Shown piece after piece: positions 1-11,118 of a DNA stretch of 64,000 nucleotides (its first letter is position 1; every line of letters starts with the position of its first letter). The stretch is taken from positions 16,338,573-16,402,572 of the forward strand of contig CM119270.1 in NCBI GenBank assembly GCA_051294375.1. The letters are read 5' to 3'. A program made the position numbers and the translations under genes. The notes beneath the pieces were generated by a model. It was not told the origin of the DNA. It did no database searches and saw only the letters and a program-made list of their open reading frames with translations. Source of the stretch: Paraspadella gotoi. Taxonomy: Eukaryota; Animalia; Chaetognatha.

Positions 1-337
1 AAAAAATAGGTTAAGATTTTGTTTAAACTTGTTCAAATAAAGAAATATCAATGAACTTAAAATTATGAAAATGCGCGGACGGGGCCCGAATGGATTGCTA
101 AGATTAAGAACTCTTCAAAGTATGTTTTGTTTTTAAAGAAACAAAAAATTTAAATATTACTAAATTTATATTCAAACTTTTCGCCAGAATGTTTTCCTAT
201 TCAAATGAAAAAAAAAAAAAAAATCGTAATTTCTTCCCCTAAAAATATTTGAATTTTGATGTCCTTTTAAAGTTTATTTCTTTTTCTTCGTGATTTTTCA
301 AAAGTAGTGAACGAAAAAGTCTTTGCCTTTGTCTTTC

Positions 338-1324
338 TCAGTCGAAATGAACGACAAAGTCTTTGTCGTCGTGACACAAACCGCAGCCTCTGCAGACGGG
401 ACACTCGATCTGTAGTGGAGATAAACGGAAGGAGGTCTTCATGAATCAAAGGAGCATGTCATTGAGGTCGTTGTAATCCAACTGACTGACTGACTGACTG
501 ACTGACTGACTGACTGACTGACTGACTGACTGACTGACTGACTGACTGACTGACTGACTGACTGACTGACTGACTGACTGACTGACTGACTGACTGACTG
601 ACTGACTGACTGACTGACTGACAGACAGACAGACTTAAAAGGAGCTACTGTCGTAGTCGTCGGCTAGTATTGTTGTGGATGTTGTTGCTGTTGTCGTCGT
701 TCTTTGTTATCCTCGTGGCCCCGGTCTCCCAATCCGACCTGATTACGGAACCAAAATTTGAGGCAGATTTCGTGGAACTCGTGACCGCAAACGGAGACTT
801 TTCTCAAGACGTCGCCATCGGCGTAGTTGGCGCGACAGATCGGGCAAATCTCGTTCTTGACTGATTATAATTAGTATGGTTGATAATGACCGATACGCTA
901 TAAGCTAATTGTGTCGTTATTGATTATTGATGATGAATAATTAATAACGATTAAAAAAAATTAACGAAGTTGACTTTTATGGAGCAAGGACGCGAACGCA
1001 CCTTCGCTGCGCATCCGCTTTTTTCTCCGAATCCTCGTTTGTGAAAAAGCATCTGTTGATAAGCAGGGGTGTGGAAAATTTAAAATAATTGAAAATAATT
1101 TTAGATTTAAATATGTATCACTTGATCATTTTCAACCATGTAAACTCCTCACCTCGCCCCTCGCCCTTCCACCTTGCCAAAACCCTCACCATTCGCATCC
1201 CACCCTACTCGACCCCCCTTCACTTCCCTTCCCGATCCTTTATCACCATCGCCCTGTGATTCTTCTTCAGTTTTTCCTTCCTTGAATTTTCGGGATTCCA
1301 TTCGCTCGAAATTCCGTCCATCGA
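338..1324 (-). CDS. RING-H2 finger E3 ubiquitin ligase, 3' exons (5' part lost in gap)
   Basis: Exons 860-739 and 409-338 have canonical GT-AG ends and join to KNEICPICRANYADGDVLRKVSVCGHEFHEICLKFWFRNQ|IECPVCRGCGLCHDDKDFVVHFD*, a C-x2-C...C-x-H-x2-H-x2-C...W...C-P-x-C RING-H2 pattern. In-phase upstream exons at 1052-1002 and about 1324-1247 are more tentative. Confidence 0.85.
481..634. repeat. (ACTG)n/(ACAG)n tetranucleotide microsatellite in the RING intron
   Basis: Direct reading: long perfect actg run followed by acag units. Confidence 0.95.
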
Positions 1325-2281
1325 CTTTCACGTGAAGTGTGTTGTGAAGTGTGTCTGTNNNNNNNNNNNNNNNNNNNNNNNNNNNNNNNNNNNNNNNNNN
1401 NNNNNNNNNNNNNNNNNNNNNNNNNNNNNNNNNNNNNNNNNNNNNNNNNNNNNNNNNNNNNNNNNNNNNNNNNNNNNNNNNNNNNNNNNNNNNNNNNNNN
1501 NNNNNNNNNNNNNNNNNNNNNNNNNNNNNNNNNNNNNNNNNNNNNNNNNNNNNNNNNNNNNNNNNNNNNNNNNNNNNNNNNNNNNNNNNNNNNNNNNNNN
1601 NNNNNNNNNNNNNNNNNNNNNNNNNNNNNNNNNNNNNNNNNNNNNNNNNNNNNNNNNNNNNNNNNNNNNNNNNNNNNNNNNNNNNNNNNNNNNNNNNNNN
1701 NNNNNNNNNNNNNNNNNNNNNNNNNNNNNNNNNNNNNNNNNNNNNNNNNNNNNNNNNNNNNNNNNNNNNNNNNNNNNNNNNNNNNNNNNNNNNNNNNNNN
1801 NNNNNNNNNNNNNNNNNNNNNNNNNNNNNNNNNNNNNNNNNNNNNNNNNNNNNNNNNNNNNNNNNNNNNNNNNNNNNNNNNNNNNNNNNNNNNNNNNNNN
1901 NNNNNNNNNNNNNNNNNNNNNNNNNNNNNNNNNNNNNNNNNNNNNNNNNNNNNNNNNNNNNNNNNNNNNNNNNNNNNNNNNNNNNNNNNNNNNNNNNNNN
2001 NNNNNNNNNNNNNNNNNNNNNNNNNNNNNNNNNNNNNNNNNNNNNNNNNNNNNNNNNNNNNNNNNNNNNNNNNNNNNNNNNNNNNNNNNNNNNNNNNNNN
2101 NNNNNNNNNNNNNNNNNNNNNNNNNNNNNNNNNNNNNNNNNNNNNNNNNNNNNNNNNNNNNNNNNNNNNNNNNNNNNNNNNNNNNNNNNNNNNNNNNNNN
2201 NNNNNNNNNNNNNNNNNNNNNNNNNNNNNNNNNNNNNNNNNNNNNNNNNNNNNNNNNNNNNNNNNNNNNNNNNNNNNNNNN

Positions 2282-3076
2282 AAGTTTGAAATAGTTCAAC
2301 AACGATTTTATTTTGAGACATGCTTCGACTTTGATTCAAGTCTTCATCATGTCCGCTGTCTCAAAATAAAATCGTTGTTGAACTATTTCAAACTTTTATC
2401 CTAATCTACAACGATCGCGAATTTAACATAATTTATTTCTTTTAAATTAATTTAAATATGTGCTGAACAACAGGCATTCGAACACAAATATCGCGAACTG
2501 ACGAAGGTAGCTCTATTGATTATCGTCCATGACAAAATTTTTTAGATCGACTTCAACTCTAAGAAAATTATATCCCCATGAAAAATCAGAGATGAGAGTA
2601 TCTGTTCAGAGATTCCACTCATGAAAGGTCAGGATTATTCATCAAGATTCGCAAAGTGAGGAAGATAGGAAAAGGAGAAANNNNNNNNNNNNNNNNNNNN
2701 NNNNNNNNNNNNNNNNNNNNNNNNNNNNNNNNNNNNNNNNNNNNNNNNNNNNNNNNNNNNNNNNNNGAAAAAGAGGAAGGGGGAATGTGAAAGATGGAAA
2801 AGAAAAGAAAAGGATGTGAGAGGAAGAAAGAAAGCGGAGATAAAAGGTGAGGAAAATAAAAATTGGAATGATGAAAATGGGAAAGAGAAATAAAGAAAAA
2901 AAAAGATGAAGAACAAAAGAAAAAACAGAGATATATGTATATATATTTTTTTAAATACCGTGTTCGTTGGACTCGTCCTCAGCCGCTTCCAAAATGATTT
3001 ACAGTTTTATACAAATTTTTTTCCCCTTAAATCTTCTTAGTCTCAATTTATTTTCTGAAGCTTGAAAGGAGAAAAA
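2282..3076. repeat. Inverted copy of 5632-6527
   Basis: For example gattccactcatgaaagg (about 2611) vs cctttcatgagtggaatc (about 6081), and tagctctattgattatcgtccatgac vs gtcatggacgataatcaatagagcta. The arms differ mainly by small indels. Confidence 0.9.
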
Positions 3077-3499
3077 GTAAGGATCAGAGATGCAGACGCG
3101 ATCCGGAGAGGCGGAGTGGAAACGCGCGAGGCGCATGTTTTTGAGGTGGCGACACTTGGACAAGAGTCAAAATTGGGGAGAAGGGAGCGAATGCGGAGGC
3201 TTGCAAAAAACGTTGCGCGTTCGCCTCTTGTGCTTTTGTTTTTATAGGCGAAAATCAAAGGTTTTTGCCAAATAAAACCTTTCTATTGTTTCCAAAAATG
3301 TTCTTTTTTTTCAAATTTAGATATTGCTAAATTCTGAAGCGTTTATCAGCTGCCATTGTTTTTTTATTAACATATTTTTTATTCAAAAAAAAAATTTGGT
3401 TCTGTTTATATTTATTTATCTAATAAGTTGTACATAAGCATAATTTTAATATCTTTTTCTTTTAATGCATTCATTCACTCAATTTTTTTTATTTTAAAT

Positions 3500-4380
3500 A
3501 AAAGATAATTAATTTTGTTAATTTATTCCTATGATTATTTAATTAAATTTGTTAATTTATTCCTATGAATAATTAATTAAATTTGTTAATTTATTCCTAT
3601 GAATATTTAATTAAATCATTTATCATAATTCTATTCTATTTATTCATTTACTTTATTGATTTTATTAATCAAATAATTTTTTTATCTAGCATCATTTTTT
3701 AAACTTGATCTTTTTTGATTTGCATTATTATTTTAACTGGCATCATTTTTTCAACTGGCATAATTTTTTTAACATGGATTATTTTTTATTTATATTATTT
3801 TACAACTTGAATCATATTTTTAATTTGCATTATTTTTTTAACCTATATAATTTTTGAATTGCATTATTTTTTTAATTTGTATTATTTTTCCAAACTTGCA
3901 TCATGCTTTTATCTTGATCATTTTTTAACTTGCATCATTTTTTTAAACTAGCTTCATTTTTAAAGTTGTATATTTTTTTTGATTTGCATTAATTTTTTAA
4001 CTTGCAATCATTTTTTAATTCATTTCATTGTTTTTAATTGCATTATTTTTGAAACTTGCATATTTTTTTAACTTCCATTATTTTTTGATTTATAATATTT
4101 TTTTGATTTACATTATTTTTTTTTGATTTGCATTATTTTTTATACTTACATCATTTTTGCACTTATATCATTTTTTAATTTTAAATCATTTTTTATCTCG
4201 CATCATTTTTTGAATGCATAATTTTTAACCTATATCATTTTTCAACTTGCATCATTTTTTTTTCAAATTGCAGCATTTTTTTAACTTGCCTTATTTTTAT
4301 TATATTATATTTTTAACTTATATTATTTTTCTCTTTTTGTAATTTTTTAAATTTATATTACCTTTTAACTTATATGGTTT
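3500..4380. repeat. AT-rich minisatellites (about 30-mer, then degenerate about 20-mer ttttttaacttgcatca)
   Basis: Tandem ttgttaatttattcctatga units followed by dozens of degenerate aacttgcatcatttttt units. Confidence 0.8.
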
Positions 4381-6404
4381 TAATTTTTATATTAAAATTT
4401 AAATTATCAATTTATTTATAAAAAACAATTCATAAAATTGGTACAAACAATATAACAATTATCCATTTGTTGTTAGTTTGTAAGAATATTAATTTATTAA
4501 TTAATTAATATATAAGAAACTAATTAATTATTATTTTAACTTAATTAATTAATTATCGCTAATGATCGTCATCAGATCCAGCATTTTGTTTTTTTTATTC
4601 TAAGTAAAACTAAAAAACTTTCAGCTTGAATTGAAAAACAAGAAGAAATTTTTTTCTAATGCCAAATAATAAAAATATATAAAATTATGGTAATATTATA
4701 ATTTTTTAAAGAGAATTATACAATTCGATTTTTACTGATTTGGAATACCTACTAAGCATTTTTGATTTTTAATTGATATTTTTTTAAACAATTAGTAAAA
4801 TAATATATTTCTTTTTTTAATTTAATTAATCATAATTAAATATATAAATGTTTGATTGGAAAGTAAAAAAAAGAAATAGAAAAAATAAGTAAAAATAAAA
4901 AAATAAAGGAATACAGAAGAAAGTAAGAAGAGAGAAAGAGGAAATAGAGTGAGTGAAGAGAATAAGAGTAAATAAAAAGAAATGAAATAAAGTCCATATA
5001 AAAATAAATTTTATTTTTATTCTCAATAAATACCTTTCCTAAGTATTTTTAGAAGCTTTATCTCTTTCTCTCCCCATTCTTTTTTTTTCTCTTTCTTTTC
5101 TTTCTCTTCTCCCTCTCTCTACCCTCTCTCTTTTTATTAAATGTCTTGCAAAAATTTGTGTTTAAAAATATATATTTTGTTAAAAAGATTTGAAAAAAGT
5201 TAAAACATATACATTTAAAAAAAAAAAAATTATTTATTTATTTATTTATTAATTTAAAACATAACAAATTGAAAGTTTTTCATGATCCATTGATCTGAAT
5301 TAAAAAAACAACTATTATCAATATCAAAAACTTATAAATAAATTTTAAACAAAAGCCGGAGGCGTTCAAGAGGCGAACGCGGAGGCGATCCGGGCTAAAA
5401 AAATGAGAGGCGAACGCAAAACGGAGCGAGGGGGGGTCTTCGGGAGGCGGGGAGTGGAGGCGGGCGAAATTCACCGCCTCCAGCATGCCCTGGTAAGGAT
5501 AAGAATAAGGATTTGCTTGTCGCTTCCGCTTTTGTTATCGTAATGTACGCGCCACCCTACTCTTTCTCTCCTCTCTCTCTCTCTCTCTCTCTTCTCTTCT
5601 CCTCTCTCTCTTCTCTCTCTCTGTCACACAGTTTTTCTCCTTTCCGGCTTCAGAAAATTAAATTGGAGACTAAGAAGATTCTAAGGGGAAAAAAAATATT
5701 GTATAAATTTGTAATCATTTCGGAAGCGCTGAGAACGAGTCAACGCAACACGGTTTTTTAAAAAAAAGTATATATAACATACATATATCTCTGTTTTTTC
5801 TTCTTTGTTTCTCATCTTTTTTTTTCTTTAATTTCTCTTTCCATTTCATTCCAATTTTTATTTTCCTCACTTGTTATCTCCGCTTTCCTTCTTCCTCCAC
5901 ACTCCTCTTCTTTTCTTTTCCATCTTTCACATTCCCCCTTCCTCTTTTTCTCCCTCCCCTTCTTCCCCCTCTCATCCTCCGTCTCCTCTCCTTCTCCCCA
6001 TCCTTCTCCCCTCCCTCTCTTTTCTCTCTTTCTCCTTTCCTATCTTCTCACTTTGCGAAATTTGAATGAAAATAATCCTACCTTTCATGAGTGGAATCTC
6101 TGAAAGATTACTCTCAATCTCTGATTTTTCATGCGGGAATAGTAATTTTCTTAGATTTGAAGCGATCTAAAAAATTGTTTGTCATGGACGATAATCAATA
6201 GAGCTACTTCGTCAAGTTCGCGATATTTGTGTTTCGAATTGCCCTGTTGTTCAGCACATAGTTTTAAATTAATTTAAAAGAAATAAATTATGTTAAATTT
6301 TATGCGAACGTTCTCGTTGCGTCCCGTCCAACGTTGTTTCAAATATAGAAAAAAGGTCATTTATGTGATAATCCTTGTAGATTTGGTTGATAGATTAGGA
6401 TAAA

Positions 6405-6527
6405 AGTTTGAGAAATAGTTCAACCGACGAATTTTTTTTGAGACATGCGGACATGATGAAGACTTGAATCAATAGTCGAAACATGTCTCAAAATAAAATC
6501 GTTGCTTGAACTATTTCAAGACTTTTT
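6405..6527 (+). mobile_element. Penelope-like hairpin remnant with a degenerate minimal hammerhead core (mirror copy 2282-2396)
   Basis: aTGATGA-agact-tgaatcaat-agtc-GAAACATGTC followed by aataaa, enclosed in an inverted repeat (aaatagttcaa...ttgaactattt). Confidence 0.55.
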
Positions 6528-7236
6528 CCTAGAAAATGTTTATACTTTAATTCAAGAATCTCAAAGATCGGTTCATAAAATTACCAGTATGAATCAATTA
6601 ATCTCTTTTTTGTCGAAATATAATTTCGATCGTCATGTCAGAAATTGAGATATGTGCGGCAGCGCCGGCCGGCGTCGGGAACGCGTCGGCAGCGTCGGCA
6701 GCCGGCAGAGGCCAACGACGCAATACTGAAAGAGAGAACAACGCAACGAATGAACAAGGGTGACAACATTATTTAAAGACATTAACATATTAACATATTT
6801 ATAAAAACATTATTTTAATATTTTATTTCACGTATTGTTCCATTGCTGAAGGATGGTTATTTCAATACGATCTATTTCCTTAGTTTCCTCAATCTCATTT
6901 ACATATTGTAGTGTTGAACGTGAATTGGTTCATTTTCATTTTTTATTTCAATTATGAGTCTTTTTTCGTTTTTCAGTAAATTTGATGGCTAACCGCAAAA
7001 TGTGAATCCAATTGTTTATGATGCGACGGAAAATCTGGCTTATTTTTTCGTTTCTCAGTTCGCCGTTTCTCAGTCTTCCCCTTTTTACGATCAACGTCCG
7101 CTCGCCCGCTTTAACGATTTCATCAGACGTAATTACTTTTAACCGATAGATTAATTATTATGGTTTTTTTTTTCTTGTTTGTTAATTTTTGTTTATTTTT
7201 GTTTGTTTTTTTTGTTGTTTTCTTTGTTTTCATCAG

Positions 7237-7768
7237 GCAGATCCGTGTTTTATTCTTCGAATGGCCGTCAGTTTCCGGGATCGTCTGCCACGAGGAAGTG
7301 AAGAAATTTTATTTCGAGATTCAAGAAGATCGGAGTGCGCTTTCCCCTTTTTTCGCCAATCAAAGTGATTCTCTTCTCTCTCACTCCTCTCTCTCTCCTC
7401 CTCCTCTCGTCTCTCTCTCTCTCTCTCTCGTCTCTCTCTCTCTCTCTCCCGTCTCTCTCTCTCTCTCGCTCTTCACAGACACACTATCTTCTCTCTTGGT
7501 TTNNNNNNNNNNNNNNNNNNNNNNNNNCACCTTTCCTCCCTCCTCCTTCATCTTTCCTCCTTTCCTCCCTTCCTCTCTTTTGCTTTCTCGTCATGCTCTA
7601 TTTCGGGGATCAGAAGGAAAAAAAAAAACCCACCGAAACAAAAGATCAACTTGATCCCCGCATTAATTGGCGACCTCCGACCCGCTAATTCCTTTCACAT
7701 CCGGGTTTTTTGTCAGTGGAAACGAAAAGACCCGGATTTAATTGACTTCGCGTGGATATTCCGTATGT
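7237..7768 (+). pseudogene. Possible exons of an SNX27/SNX17-like FERM F3 (PH-like) domain gene
   Basis: Exon about 7237-7334 gives QIRVLFFEWPSVSGIVCHEEVKKFYFEIQEDR and exon about 7717-7766 gives METKRPGFN*LRVDIPY. This resembles, from memory, the SNX27 FEW...EE...F.FE...KPRWVKIFTPY segment. It has an in-frame TGA where Trp is expected. Confidence 0.35.
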
Positions 7769-8505
7769 GATTGCGAAAGAATGCAGGAGAGAGGAGGAGG
7801 AGGAGGAGGAGGGAGAGGAGGAGGAGGAGGAGGCGGTGGTAAGAAGGGAATCAGATTTCATCAAAAACTTTCGCTCCATTGAATTCTCGATTTGCGCCTG
7901 TAAAAACTTCTCGGCAAATAAACGACGACGACGACGACGCGGAAACCAAAGGCAAACAATAGTCAAGAGTTATGAGCGATCGTTTCTTTTCTGATCAGGA
8001 AAGAATTTCTTGTTTAGAAAGTTGAGGGCCCCAATTTCTCTGTACCTTATTTCAGAAACGTTAATTTTTTTTATTCTGCAGTTAATTATGAAGGAAAAAA
8101 AAATGCAAACAAAGATGAACACAAAGGTTGCAAACGTCAATAGTATTTAGAACAAAAGATCATTGTTATTTTATCGTATTTATCTCTGTTTTCTTTTTCT
8201 CCTATTTTTTTATTTTCCGTCTCAATTTTCGTTTTCCTTTTTTTTTTCAAAATATCGTCTTCACCCAAGAAAACCTTTTTCTCAAAATATTTCTTTTCTT
8301 TCCTCCATATTTTTTTTTCCATTTTCCACCCCTATTTCCTCCACCTTTCCCTTCTTCCTCCCCTCTACCCTCCAACTTCCTCCCCTCTTTCTTCCTCCTT
8401 TTCCTTTCCTCCTTTCCTCCTTTCCTCCCTCGTTCGAAAGCGTTACGCTCGATTAAGCCTCTTTGATTGCGTCATAATCCGAGACAAACTTTGCCTTCTT
8501 TGGAG

Positions 8506-8586
<81 letters not shown>

Positions 8587-10027
8587 GTTCTGCTGCTCCG
8601 TCGACCTCCCAAAATGATACAAATTCAAACAGGAAAACAAACAAAATCGCGAATTCGACCCCAAGAGAAAAAAATATTTGTTTTTCGTTCCACCTTAAAA
8701 TTTGACAGAGGTTTGTCAGACCGTTTTAACATTTACAAGTTTCTTACTTTAGAAACCTTATTATACTTACCTTATTATACTAACCTTATTAACCTCAGGA
8801 AAAAAATATTTTTTTTTCTGTCAGGTTAATACCGATCGAAAACTTTAAGGATTTAAACATTTGATGTTATAAACCTTAAAATTTGACATAAAAATATTTT
8901 TTTACTTTCAATAAAGACTAAAAAAGAGACGGCTCCTCGGGAGAGGGATGGGAAGAGGAGGATGAGGATCGAGAAAATTTACTTAATTAAGCTTTTCTCT
9001 CGATAGTTTTTTATTTTAATTAGTATACAGCACGTGAGAAAATGTCGAAAACTGAAAAATAAATATTAAAGAAGAGCAGAAGAAACAAATGAAATTTAAA
9101 CCGTTGCCATACACTCGCGCGCCCTTACGTACGTACCAAAGTGATCCTCCACTTTCGCCCGAGTTCAAATTCCGTGAATGCGCGCGATTTATATAAGGAG
9201 TAACAACGACAACGACAACAACAACAACAACAGTAATTTAGTGACTCTTTACCCAAGACATCAACCTGCGTTTTTATCGACAATGATGGCGTCAATTTGG
9301 CGCCGTCGTCGTCATCGTTGTCGTCGTCGTCATCGTCATCACACTACTTTACAAAGATGAGGTGACGACGTCTTAAGGACGAGAGAGTCACTAACGTCTT
9401 TGAGTCACGCGGTCGGTACGATTTTTTGCTCTTCTCACTGAAGGTGGCGCTTCGATCCCCGCGCATTGCATTGGCAGAACTAAGCTTTCAAGAGTGTCTC
9501 ACGCTGACTCCCAAAGTACCTGATTTCCCTATGAAAGGGCCTATGAATGAAATGGTATTTCTCCTTCTATCGCCGTCGTTTTCGTAGTGGTCAGCGTTAC
9601 CGTCACCGCAGTGTCAGTCATCTGTCACTCAGACACGAAAAGGGCGCCACCTTTCCAAGAGAAAAATGGCGCTAGGAGAAAAAAAGAGGTGCGGAAGGAG
9701 AAAAACAAAGAAAACAAAAGAGGAAAGGGAAGAAGAACGGAAGGAGACGAGAGAAAATTAAGGAAGAAGAATAAGAAGAGAGGAGAGAAGAAAGAGACAA
9801 GTTACGGAAGAAGGTGATCGAAGGAGAGAAACGAATTCGGGTCAAAGGTCACTTCACCCGGGATCCGTTGAGGTCATGTGGGTCGGAGTGTAAACGGGGA
9901 AATTTAATCGCACGGAAGAGAGAGATAGAGAGGAGAAGAGGAGAGAGAGATGAGAGAGAGAGTCTCCACAGGCAGGTAATCTCTTGCTTCTTTCCACAAC
10001 GCCTTCCTCTTCCCCAAGAACCCACCC

Positions 10028-10091
<64 letters not shown>

Positions 10092-10649
10092 CTCTCTCTC
10101 TTTCTCACCCAGAATTGGGTCGTCGAGGTCCCGCCATCCGCGCGTTGATTAAAACCGGAAGTGAAAGACGCGGAAAAAATGGAAGGAGGCAGAGAGAGCA
10201 GAGAGGAGAGAGAGAGAGAGAGAGACAGGGGACTCGGGGAAAAAAATGGAAGGCGGCGAACGTTGAAGTCAAAGATCAATTTAGGGCGATGCATGAAAAG
10301 AGAGAAAGTCAGAGAAGAATAGACAGGAAAGAAAAGATAAGAAAGGAAAGAAAAAAAAAGGAAGGAAAAAATAAAGAAAGAAAATAAGGTATCAAAATAA
10401 TTTTTAAAAAAGAAATATTTAAGAAAAATTGCAGAAATAAAAGAAAACAAGTTTGACCAAACAATGCCGGATATGCTCGCGATCAAAAGCGGTAAGCAGC
10501 AAATCAGATGATTAATTAATTAATTAATTGATTATTCAATTTATTAATTAATTTTTCTTATTTTTACATTTATTATAATAATAAAAAAGCCTACTTCCTT
10601 CGTTGTACTCATGATTATTTGGCGTTTAAAGTGAAGGTGTGACGGTCAG

Positions 10650-10835
10650 GCCGACAGACAGACAGACAGACCAACAGACGGACGGACGGACCTATTTTTT
10701 GGGGGCATAATTTATCATAATTTGATATTCTTACATGATCTACACAACTTACCGACAAAATTTTGGGGTGGGACCGACGGACTGACAAGCGAATCGTAGA
10801 CCCGGAATCTGCTGTATGCAGATCCGGCTAAAAAG
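10650..10835 (+). mobile_element. HINE/DINE-1-like (Helentron-associated) element
   Basis: (GACA/GACG)n microsatellite, then a terminal stem-loop ccggaatctgc-tgtat-gcagatccgg and an A-run. Confidence 0.5.
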
Positions 10836-11118
10836 AAACCATCGAAAAGATAGAAATTGCGCGATTCTAATGCAAATCATAAAAAATAATAAGAATCAAT
10901 AGCTACATGGGAGTAATGGCTTCACTCAAATACTAAAATATAACAAGTCCACTCGGATCGTCGATCTATTCAGAATCATCATTATAATCATAATTGTGAC
11001 ATTGAAAAAAATCGACATTAAAAGTTCTTTAGCGAACATATCACGGGAATTTTTTTCACATGATCACTCTGGATCCTCTACAGCCGCTACAGCCGCCGCC
11101 GCTGCAGCCGCCGCCGCT

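Noticed and set aside
1149-2404. Long ORFs in the supplied track over N runs (also 20909-21704 and 34007-34784)
   Set aside because: They are artefacts of translating assembly gaps.
7743-7745. Alternative genetic code (TGA=Trp, or TAG readthrough near 52553)
   Set aside because: All four confident genes end in TGA, Trp is TGG in conserved positions, and clean exons contain no in-frame stops.
8443-8829. ERERER/SLSLSL, FFLSFF and poly-D/T/R ORFs throughout the window
   Set aside because: They are translations of (CT)n, (TTTC)n and (GTC)n microsatellites, with no splice or homology support.
9405-9465. tRNA-derived SINE head
   Set aside because: The B-box-like ttcgatcccc is degenerate and there is no second copy in the window.
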